Source: an uncultured bacterium (GTDB lineage Bacteria > Hydrothermota > UBA3073 > NMUJ01). Taken from it: a DNA stretch of 17,460 nucleotides. The DNA lies in the NCBI GenBank assembly GCA_965612795.1, contig CBFDTI010000025.1, forward strand, positions 1 to 17,460. The letters are read 5' to 3'. Shown in pieces: positions 8,416-15,692 of this stretch. How positions within the stretch are numbered: position 1 is the stretch's first letter; every line of letters begins with the position of its first letter. The position numbers and the translations under genes were made by a program. Under the pieces are notes generated by a model. The model saw only the letters and a program-made list of their open reading frames with translations. It searched no databases and was not told the DNA's origin.

Positions 8416-9812
8416 TGTGTGGTATTGTGGGGGTGATCAAACGTAAAGCCAATAATGTAGCGAAAGATTTGTATTTTGGGTTGCTGGCGATACAACATCG
8501 TGGACAAGATGCATCAGGTATGCTTGTGTGTACTGAACGTAAGTGTTATTTGAAGAAAGGTAACGGCCTTGTGACCTCATTATTTAACGAAGAGCTTATG
8601 TTCCAATTACCCGGGTATATGGGAATTGGACATGTGAGGTACCCAACGATCGGGTTGGGCAAAGAGGAAGAGGCACAACCTTTCTTTATAAAAGAGGTGG
8701 GTGTTGGGTTAGCGCATAACGGGAATTTGCTTAATTACTTTCAACTACGGGAACAACTGGTATCGAAAGGGGTGAAGTTTTTGAGCTCATCGGATGGTGA
8801 ATTGCTGTTACAATTATTTATGGTTAACTATGAAGGTGATCCATTTGAAACAGCTAAAAAGGTTATGGAGGTAGCACGTGGTGCATTTTCCATTGTCATG
8901 TGTATTAAGGATAAGGGGCTGATGGCGATAAGGGATAGGTTTGGTTTTAAGCCACTCGTTTTGGGTGAAAAGGATGGTGATTATATGATGACATCTGAAA
9001 GTGTGGCGCTCGATATTTTGCAATATAGGTTAGTAAGAGATGTTAAGCCGGGCGAGGCGATACTTATTACACCTAAAGGTGAAATAATTGCGAGACAACT
9101 CTATCCGGCTATACCTCGTTACTGTATATTCGAGTATGTGTACTTTGCGAGACCTGATTCGGTAATCAATGGTATACCAGTGTATAAAGCGCGATATAGG
9201 TTAGGGGTTAACCTGGCTAAAGAGGTTGAGAAACTGGGTATAAAACCAGATGTGGTAATACCTGTACCTGATACTGCAAGGACGGCGGCTTTCGCTATCA
9301 GTGAATATCTGGGTGTACCTTACAAGGAGGGACTTATCAAGAATCGCTACATAGGGCGTACATTTATAATGCCAAGAGACGAAAAACGTATGGAGAGGGT
9401 AAAAGTGAAGCTCAACCCTGTACGCTATGAGATTGAGGGTAAAAAGATATTACTCGTAGATGACAGTATCGTACGGGGTAACACATCACGTGCGATAATA
9501 CAGTTGGTACGTCAAGTTAACCCAACCGCTGTGTACTTTGCATCAACAGCACCACCGCTTAAGTATCCATGTTATTATGGGATAGATATGCAGACACGAC
9601 GTGAGTTCATAGCTAAGGATAAAAGCGTGGACGAGATACGTAAAGTTATAGGGGCGGATGTGCTGGTGTACCAAACATTAAATGGACTGGTGGAGGGTGT
9701 AGACGGTGATGCTACATTTTGTACCGCATGTTTTAATGGTGATTACCCAATACCTCCGCGTGAAGAGGAAATAGAATGTATCGAACGGCAACGGCTCGAT
9801 ATCGGTAAATGA
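8415..9812 (+). CDS. purF: Amidophosphoribosyltransferase, Fe-S-ligand type
   Basis: N-terminal MCGIVG nucleophile, QHRGQD, GHVRYPT, HNGNL, CIFEYVYFARPDS, PRPP loop LLVDDSIVRGNT, PCYYGID and CTAC. The ATG overlaps the fmt stop. Confidence 0.97.
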   Translation: MCGIVGVIKRKANNVAKDLYFGLLAIQHRGQDASGMLVCTERKCYLKKGNGLVTSLFNEELMFQLPGYMGIGHVRYPTIGLGKEEEAQPFFIKEVGVGLAHNGNLLNYFQLREQLVSKGVKFLSSSDGELLLQLFMVNYEGDPFETAKKVMEVARGAFSIVMCIKDKGLMAIRDRFGFKPLVLGEKDGDYMMTSESVALDILQYRLVRDVKPGEAILITPKGEIIARQLYPAIPRYCIFEYVYFARPDSVINGIPVYKARYRLGVNLAKEVEKLGIKPDVVIPVPDTARTAAFAISEYLGVPYKEGLIKNRYIGRTFIMPRDEKRMERVKVKLNPVRYEIEGKKILLVDDSIVRGNTSRAIIQLVRQVNPTAVYFASTAPPLKYPCYYGIDMQTRREFIAKDKSVDEIRKVIGADVLVYQTLNGLVEGVDGDATFCTACFNGDYPIPPREEEIECIERQRLDIGK

Positions 9813-10663
9813 GAATATATCCTGAGTGTATACCGTGTTTCTTTAGACAGGGGTTGGTAACAGCAAGTAAAGCTACTGATGACAGAAAGAAGTTGATAGA
9901 GGTTATGTTACTCATAGCAGAAAAGTTACCGGAGCTTGTGGAGCTACCCACACCTACACATGCGGGTAAGTTCATACATAGCATACCAAGAAGAATGTGG
10001 GGGATACATGATCCTTATAAACAGGATAAGGAACGTTTTATAAAAATGATGCTCGATATTTACCCAAGGATAAAGGTGTGGGTGGGTGACAACCTACAAC
10101 GTGCGTTGAAGGTAGCAGCTTCCGGTAATGCGATAGATTTTGCTACATTAGGTGAGGATAGGATCATGGCGGAATTGCAAGATATTGGTGAACGCGAATT
10201 CAAGCGTATGGAGTATGATAGGTTTGTGAAGGAACTCGAAAACTGTAAGATGTTGCTATACTTAGCGGATAATGCAGGTGAAACAGTATTTGATAAGCTA
10301 TTGATCGAAGTACTTAAGCTACACTACCCACAGATTGAAGTCCTTTATGCGGTTAGGGGGTATCCTACCATCAACGATGCGGTATATGAAGATGCGATAG
10401 CTTCTGGTATAGATGAGGTGGCTAAGATTATTGATAGTGGATGCGAAGCACCTGGCATAATATTGGAAGATTGTAATGAAGGGTTTCGCAAAATTTTCTA
10501 TTCATCCGACACTATAATCAGCAAGGGACAGGGTAACTTCGAGGCATTATCAGAGGTTAAAGCACCAATATATTTCCTGCTACAGATAAAATGTGCCCCC
10601 GTAGCCCACTACATGGGAATGGAAGTGGGTTCGTTGCTGTTCTTCAGAACCAGTAATGGGTAA
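9809..10663 (+). CDS. DUF89/ARMT1-like damage-control phosphatase, subfamily I
   Basis: N-terminal CxxC (ECIPC), DPY, GNAID, DNAGETVFD, PTINDA, SKGQGNFE and C-terminal KC motif. ATGA overlap with purF. Confidence 0.92.
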   Translation: MRIYPECIPCFFRQGLVTASKATDDRKKLIEVMLLIAEKLPELVELPTPTHAGKFIHSIPRRMWGIHDPYKQDKERFIKMMLDIYPRIKVWVGDNLQRALKVAASGNAIDFATLGEDRIMAELQDIGEREFKRMEYDRFVKELENCKMLLYLADNAGETVFDKLLIEVLKLHYPQIEVLYAVRGYPTINDAVYEDAIASGIDEVAKIIDSGCEAPGIILEDCNEGFRKIFYSSDTIISKGQGNFEALSEVKAPIYFLLQIKCAPVAHYMGMEVGSLLFFRTSNG

Positions 10664-10692
10664 TTGACAATATCGGGAGGGATTAGAATAGG

Positions 10693-11247
10693 ATGCGTAT
10701 ATATGCATATCCTAGGTTATATGAGTTGGGGTTTCATTTACCACCGTTGCTTGTGTGGAGGTTAGCCGTAGAGCGAAGGATTTTGCAGAAAATCAAGCCA
10801 TTACAACCACAGAGAATATTGGAGGTAGCGTGTGGGGCAGGGCATTTCACACGTAAGTTGAGGGAGAGCTTCCCATGGGCTGAAATATTTGCGGTTGATA
10901 TATCGGAAAAGATGATACGCTATGCAAGCGACAGGGTTGCGGGGGTGAAGTTTAAGGTGGCAGATTTTTGGACACTTGAAGGTAAATATGATCTGATAGT
11001 GGTGATTGGGTTGTTCCCATACGTGAAGGATATAAGAAGGGGTATCGAAAAGATAGTCTCGTTACTTTGTACCCATGGTAAGGCATATGTGACGGTTGCG
11101 GGACCTAATCTATACACGTATTTGCATAGAGTATGGAGTAGGTTGGTGAACCGAACGCCAACCTATACTCATAAACCGTGTACAAGGGTGGAGGTGATCG
11201 AACCTACCACTGGGACGTACCTTATGGAGATTCAGGCAATTCCATGA
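10693..11247 (+). CDS. Class I SAM-dependent methyltransferase, substrate unknown
   Basis: Motif I ILEVACGAG, post-I AVDISEKMI, ADF and motif II YDLIV. Confidence 0.88.
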   Translation: MRIYAYPRLYELGFHLPPLLVWRLAVERRILQKIKPLQPQRILEVACGAGHFTRKLRESFPWAEIFAVDISEKMIRYASDRVAGVKFKVADFWTLEGKYDLIVVIGLFPYVKDIRRGIEKIVSLLCTHGKAYVTVAGPNLYTYLHRVWSRLVNRTPTYTHKPCTRVEVIEPTTGTYLMEIQAIP

Positions 11248-11267
11248 ACATGACAATGGAATTCGGG

Positions 11268-11303
11268 TTGACTGTCCTTATATTTCCCATAATTTACTAT
11301 AAT
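11268..11303 (+). promoter_or_regulatory. Putative promoter of tRNA-Val
   Basis: TTGACT 11268-11273 followed by overlapping -10 candidates CATAAT 11288-11293, TAATTT 11290-11295 and TATAAT 11298-11303. Confidence 0.5.
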
Positions 11304-11377
11304 GGGCGGATAGCTCAGGTGGTGAGAGCGCCTGCCTTACAAGCAGGAGGTCGGAGGTTCGAGTCCTCCTTCGCCCA
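11304..11377 (+). tRNA. tRNA-Val (anticodon TAC), no encoded CCA
   Basis: Cloverleaf: acceptor GGGCGGA/TTCGCCC, D arm GCTC/GAGC, anticodon arm CCTGC-CTTACAA-GCAGG, T arm GGAGG-TTCGAGT-CCTCC, discriminator A. Confidence 0.98.
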
Positions 11378-11403
11378 TTTTTTATTTGAAGGGTGGGGGT
11401 AAT

Positions 11404-11901
11404 ATGCCTATAAGGCGACATGAGCGGTTTGGCCACTTAGAGGATCCCTACAGTGTAGGATATAGAGATCCAACCATATGTCCCACGTGTAAGCTAATCT
11501 ATCATAATAAGCATTGGTTCTGGGACGATGAATTGCTACAACAATTAGAAGACAAAGCCAGGAAGGGTGAAATAGAAATTTATCGTAGGGATTGCCCTGC
11601 ATGTAGGAGGATAAAAGAGCATTACCCCATGGGTATAGTGAAGGTGCGTGGCGAATTCTGGAAGGAGCATCGGGATGAAATTTTCAACCTCATACGTAAT
11701 GAAGAAAAGCGTGCACAGAAGGTGAACCCACTCGAACGTATCATAAAGATGGAGGAGATTGAAGGTGAGCTCATCATAGAGACAACCTCGGGGGTGCTCG
11801 CACATAGGATAGGGAACGCACTTGAGAAATCATATAAGGGTAAGAGTACATACCATCTGTCAGAGGATCAGAAGTTGCTACGTGTTGAATGGGAAAGGTA
11901 G
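11404..11901 (+). CDS. BCAM0308-like (NMD3-related) protein with two CxxC motifs, function unknown
   Basis: DPY, CPTCKLIYHNKHW, CPACRRIKEHYPMG, NLIRNEE, NPLERI, IETT..LAHRIG.AL..SYKG and terminal VEWER match my recollection of this family. ATG at 11404 follows a G-rich SD-like run. Confidence 0.75.
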   Translation: MPIRRHERFGHLEDPYSVGYRDPTICPTCKLIYHNKHWFWDDELLQQLEDKARKGEIEIYRRDCPACRRIKEHYPMGIVKVRGEFWKEHRDEIFNLIRNEEKRAQKVNPLERIIKMEEIEGELIIETTSGVLAHRIGNALEKSYKGKSTYHLSEDQKLLRVEWER

Positions 11902-13373
11902 AAACGTGGCCGGGGCGTGGCTCTTTTGTGCTTGCCGCTATAGGATCAGCTATTGGGTTGGGTAATGTATGGCGATTCCCTTTCATAGCCTATAAGTACG
12001 GAGGGGGTGCGTTCATACTGGTGTATTTGGTGAGCTTATTCATCATCGGTATACCCATACTTATACTGGAGTTTGCGCTCGGTTATCACTTCAAGAGTAG
12101 TGCACCGGGTGCGTTACGACGTATAAGTCCAAGATGGGAATGGTTGGGTTGGTTCGCATTACTTGCAGGGTTTGGTGTCGTAAGCTATTACGTGGTGGTT
12201 ATGGGATGGGCTGCTAATTACTTTGTGTATTCAGCGAACCTCGCATGGGGTGAGAATACGGAAAGCTTCTTCTTTAAGAAGGTATTGAATCTATCCAATA
12301 ACATATTTAGTATTGGGACTATAAGGTTAAATATCCTTCTGGGGCTTATTGTCTGCTGGGTATGGATACTGTTATCAATATGGAAAGGACCATTAACTGT
12401 AGGTAGGGTAGTGTATGTCACCGTGACAGTACCATGGCTCATATTGATAGTGTTTGTGATACGTGGGGTGACGTTACCGGGTGCTATAGAGGGGTTGAAG
12501 TATTACCTTACACCTAACTTTGCACAACTTAGGAATCCAGAGCTTTGGCATGCAGCGTTTAGCCAGATATTCTTTACGTTGACGATAGGGTTTGGGGTGA
12601 TGATCGCATATGCGGCATTTTTACCACCTAAATCTGACATAGTCAACAATGCATTACTTATTGCGTTGGCGGATGCACTTACAGCTTTTATTGCGGGGAT
12701 TGCGGTGTTTGCGACACTCGGTTATCACTCGTATATGATAGGTAAACCAGTGAGTGAGGTTGCAAAAGGGGGGCCTTCGCTTGCTTTTGTGGTTTACCCG
12801 ATGATAATCAACTCGTTGCCAGGAGCGAAGCTTTGTGGGTTGCTGTTTTTTGCGATGTTACTTACGTTGGCGGTGGATTCCGCATTTTCGTTGGTAGAAG
12901 CAATATCGGCAGGGGTGATGGAACGGTTCGGGTGGCGTAGGTGGAGGGTTAATGTAGGTATTATGATTGTTGGTATACTGGTAGGCCTTATATACACAAC
13001 GAGTGCGGGCTTGTACTGGTTGGATGTGGTGGATCATTTTGTCACACATTTGGGGTTATTCTCAGTGGCACTTCTACAATGTATAGCAGCGGGATATTTC
13101 TACTCGTTACATACTTTAAGGGTGAGCATAAATGAACATTCTGATATTAAGCTGGGTAAATCTTGGGAATATATCATAAAGTACCTTGTGCCACCGGTTT
13201 CGATGTTTCTACTGGTATGTTCGCTAAGGAAGGACGTAATTTCGCCATATGGGGGGTATCCAGGGCTGGCTACGTTTTTGGGAGGGTGGCTTCCAATATT
13301 TCTATTTGTGATAATCTCAATAGTGTTGGCAAGGATTGCCCAGAGGAGAGATGCAGGTAGCTTCACTTCGTAA
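11889..13373 (+). CDS. NSS/SLC6 family sodium-dependent transporter (LeuT/MhsT-like, probably amino acids)
   Basis: GSAIGLGNVWRFP, GGGAF, QIFFTLTIGFG, GPSLAFVVYP, LAVDSAFS and about 12 hydrophobic segments. Confidence 0.96.
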   Translation: MGKVETWPGRGSFVLAAIGSAIGLGNVWRFPFIAYKYGGGAFILVYLVSLFIIGIPILILEFALGYHFKSSAPGALRRISPRWEWLGWFALLAGFGVVSYYVVVMGWAANYFVYSANLAWGENTESFFFKKVLNLSNNIFSIGTIRLNILLGLIVCWVWILLSIWKGPLTVGRVVYVTVTVPWLILIVFVIRGVTLPGAIEGLKYYLTPNFAQLRNPELWHAAFSQIFFTLTIGFGVMIAYAAFLPPKSDIVNNALLIALADALTAFIAGIAVFATLGYHSYMIGKPVSEVAKGGPSLAFVVYPMIINSLPGAKLCGLLFFAMLLTLAVDSAFSLVEAISAGVMERFGWRRWRVNVGIMIVGILVGLIYTTSAGLYWLDVVDHFVTHLGLFSVALLQCIAAGYFYSLHTLRVSINEHSDIKLGKSWEYIIKYLVPPVSMFLLVCSLRKDVISPYGGYPGLATFLGGWLPIFLFVIISIVLARIAQRRDAGSFTS

Positions 13374-14277
13374 AGCGTATGGTGAAACATTGGTTGAACT
13401 GGGTAGAAAGAACAAGAAGATTGTGGTACTGGATGCAGATTTGGCCAAATCCACACATACGTATATGTTTGGTGAGGTTTTCCCGGATAGGTTCTTCGAT
13501 ATGGGTATATCTGAACAGGATATGATAGCGACTGCGGCTGGACTTGCTGCCTCGGGTAAGATAGTGTTTGCAAGTACGTTTGCAGTATTTGCTACGGGTA
13601 GGGCTTGGGATCAGATCCGCATACAGATTGCGTATTCGCAGAATAATGTGAAAATTGTAGCCACACATGGTGGTATATCCGTGGGTGAGGATGGGTACAC
13701 ACATCAGGCTATCGAGGATATAGCACTTATGCGGGTATTACCTGGTATGCGTGTGATTGTACCAGCAGATGCTAACGCTACACGTGCAGTTATAGAGAAG
13801 GTGGCAGATGTGCCAGGTCCATTTTATGTAAGGCTGACAAGACCACCATTACCTATAATATACGAGGAGGTACCAGACGTTGACATTGGCAAGAGTATCA
13901 TCTTAAAGGAAGGTAAAGATGTAACCCTTATAGCTATAGGGGCGATGGTGTATCAGGCGCTTGAAGCTGCTAAAATGCTGGAGACAATGGGGGTTTCAGC
14001 AAAGGTTATCGATATGATGAGTGTTAAACCATTAGATGAAGAGGTGTTGGTTGAGGCTGCACACACAACGCGTGCTATTATAACGTGTGAAGACCATAGT
14101 GTGATCGGTGGGTTAGGTAGTGCGGTAGCTGAGGTGTTGGGCGAAAAGATACCCACCCGAATGTACAGAGTAGGTATAAGGGATACATTTGGTGTATCGG
14201 GTAGCCCTGACGAGCTGTACGAAAAGTTTCAGCTTAAAGCCAAATATATCGTTGAAAAGGTGACACAATTGTTATGA
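13351..14277 (+). CDS. Transketolase C-terminal (pyrimidine-binding plus C-terminal domain) subunit
   Basis: VVLDADLAKST, DMGISEQDM, RAWDQIR, GEDGYTHQAIED, GPFYVRL, EDHSVIGGLGSAV. ATG at 13351 follows AGGAG. Confidence 0.95.
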   Translation: MQVASLRKAYGETLVELGRKNKKIVVLDADLAKSTHTYMFGEVFPDRFFDMGISEQDMIATAAGLAASGKIVFASTFAVFATGRAWDQIRIQIAYSQNNVKIVATHGGISVGEDGYTHQAIEDIALMRVLPGMRVIVPADANATRAVIEKVADVPGPFYVRLTRPPLPIIYEEVPDVDIGKSIILKEGKDVTLIAIGAMVYQALEAAKMLETMGVSAKVIDMMSVKPLDEEVLVEAAHTTRAIITCEDHSVIGGLGSAVAEVLGEKIPTRMYRVGIRDTFGVSGSPDELYEKFQLKAKYIVEKVTQLL

Positions 14278-14828
14278 AGATAGAATTACGTGAGGTGTCG
14301 TACCCACCCATTGTTAAGCTTAATCTTAAATTGGAGGTGCCATATATCTATGTGAAGCCCACGGGTGAGGGTAAGTCAACATTCTTGAAGCTTATATACG
14401 GTGAGTTATTACCGGAAGAGGGCGAGGTACTGGTTGACGGTATCTCCACAAGGAATGTGAGGTTTGCCACCCTTCGTCAAGCTATAGGGTATAGTGGGGA
14501 AAAGGATCTATTTATAGAGGAGAATACGTTGGATGAGCACCTGGAGTTACTGTCCTTGCTGAACAAGAATGTTTGGGAGGAAGCGGAGCGGTTGATGGTT
14601 AAATTTGGGCTCAGTGTACGCCGAAATTATATGTTGTGTGAGATATCGAAAAGGGAGCGCGAAAAGTTCAAACTGATTGTTGCTATACTTAAAGGTGAAA
14701 AGTTAATATTGCTGGATGAGCCGTTTCTTTACCTTACAACTGATGAGAAGGTCAAACTATGGCATATTCTGGCAAAGAAATGGGATAATGGTGTGCTATG
14801 GGTTATAACACAGAACCAGCATAGATGA
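14274..14828 (+). CDS. Degenerate ABC ATP-binding protein, FtsE-like
   Basis: TGEGKSTFLKLIYGELLPEEGEVLVDG and LRQAIG resemble FtsE, and Walker B LILLDEP is present. Q-loop, signature and H-loop are altered. It lies directly upstream of an FtsX-like gene. Confidence 0.7.
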   Translation: MKIELREVSYPPIVKLNLKLEVPYIYVKPTGEGKSTFLKLIYGELLPEEGEVLVDGISTRNVRFATLRQAIGYSGEKDLFIEENTLDEHLELLSLLNKNVWEEAERLMVKFGLSVRRNYMLCEISKREREKFKLIVAILKGEKLILLDEPFLYLTTDEKVKLWHILAKKWDNGVLWVITQNQHR

Positions 14829-15556
14829 GGGGCGCAACTTATCTGTTGATAGGGATTAGCCTCACGGTGTCGATGATTGTTTTGAATGTTGGTGGATACA
14901 TTCGTGAAAGTGATGTGAAGCTCGAAATATACGTGGATACAATTGCAGCATGGGTCGATAGTATCATAATGGGTGAGTATGTGAAAGGTAAGGAGATACT
15001 TACACCTGAGGAGAACATGCAGATATTCATGCAGGAGCTGGCAGCAGAGGGTGTCTACCTGGAACATATATCCGCAAGTATCTTTCCATATACTGTTAAG
15101 ATATACATGCGACCAGAGTGGATACTCTGTAAATCCGGTAGAATATGGTTGGATAGCTTACGCAAACGTACAGAGTTGGGCGTCGATAAGTCTTATGAAC
15201 AGTTGTTGCGGTTGCGTAAAGTTTTCTGGGGGTTCTTCATACTGAATGTGGGACTGTTTTTTCTCACATTTGTTGCTACCACTAACTTGCCACGTATACA
15301 TTACGATACTGTGAAATTGCTCAAGTTTTGGGGTATACCTTCGCATAAGATTACGTTACATCTATGGCGGATTGAAGGAATGCGGTTGATATTGGCAATT
15401 TTATGTTTGTTCGGGGTGCTGTATTTTGCGTATTTTTTCTATTTACCGGATTTTGTATGGCTTAAATTTTTATCCATTAAATACAGTTTATTTGTGGTAA
15501 TTTGTTGGATTATCGGGTTTCAAATAGGGATAAAAAGAGTGTATTGGGAAGATTAA
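14825..15556 (+). CDS. Four-TM membrane protein, divergent FtsX-like permease
   Basis: TM1, an extracytoplasmic domain of about 105 aa (LEIYVD, LTPEENMQIF, IFPYTVKI), then three TMs. DTVKLLKFWGIPSHKITLHLWRIEG resembles the FtsX EIEIMKLVGA...PFLLEG coupling segment. ATGA overlap with the ATPase. Confidence 0.62.
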   Translation: MRGATYLLIGISLTVSMIVLNVGGYIRESDVKLEIYVDTIAAWVDSIIMGEYVKGKEILTPEENMQIFMQELAAEGVYLEHISASIFPYTVKIYMRPEWILCKSGRIWLDSLRKRTELGVDKSYEQLLRLRKVFWGFFILNVGLFFLTFVATTNLPRIHYDTVKLLKFWGIPSHKITLHLWRIEGMRLILAILCLFGVLYFAYFFYLPDFVWLKFLSIKYSLFVVICWIIGFQIGIKRVYWED

Positions 15557-15571
15557 TTGTGGGAATTACAC

Positions 15572-15600
15572 TTGACGATCGGAATTATCTTCTATATTTA
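15572..15600 (+). promoter_or_regulatory. Putative promoter of tRNA-Gln and the aminotransferase
   Basis: TTGACG 15572-15577 and TATATT 15593-15598 in the AT-rich intergenic gap. Confidence 0.5.
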
Positions 15601-15608
15601 ATTGGGTG

Positions 15609-15680
15609 TGGGGGGTCGTCCAATTGGCAGGACACGGGACTCTGGATCCCGGAATCGGGGTTCGAATCCCTGCCCCCCAG
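15609..15680 (+). tRNA. tRNA-Gln (anticodon CTG), no encoded CCA
   Basis: Acceptor TGGGGGG/CCCCCCA (U1-A72), D arm GTCC/GGAC, anticodon arm CGGGA-CTCTGGA-TCCCG, T arm CGGGG-TTCGAAT-CCCTG, discriminator G. Confidence 0.97.
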
Positions 15681-15692
15681 TGAGGAGGCATT

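Noticed and set aside
7749..8507. 252 aa antisense ORF
   Set aside because: Lies opposite fmt and the start of purF, is Ser/Ile/Pro-rich with no motifs, and is a typical shadow ORF.
10693..11247. DNA methyltransferase of a restriction-modification system
   Set aside because: No DPPY/NPPY or PC catalytic motif and no nuclease nearby. It looks like a small-molecule class I methyltransferase.
11178..11402. 74 aa ORF
   Set aside because: Runs through the tRNA-Val gene and its promoter.
11378..15608. Possible genomic island between the two tRNA genes
   Set aside because: No integrase, no duplicated tRNA 3' end seen, no obvious compositional shift, and the content is housekeeping.
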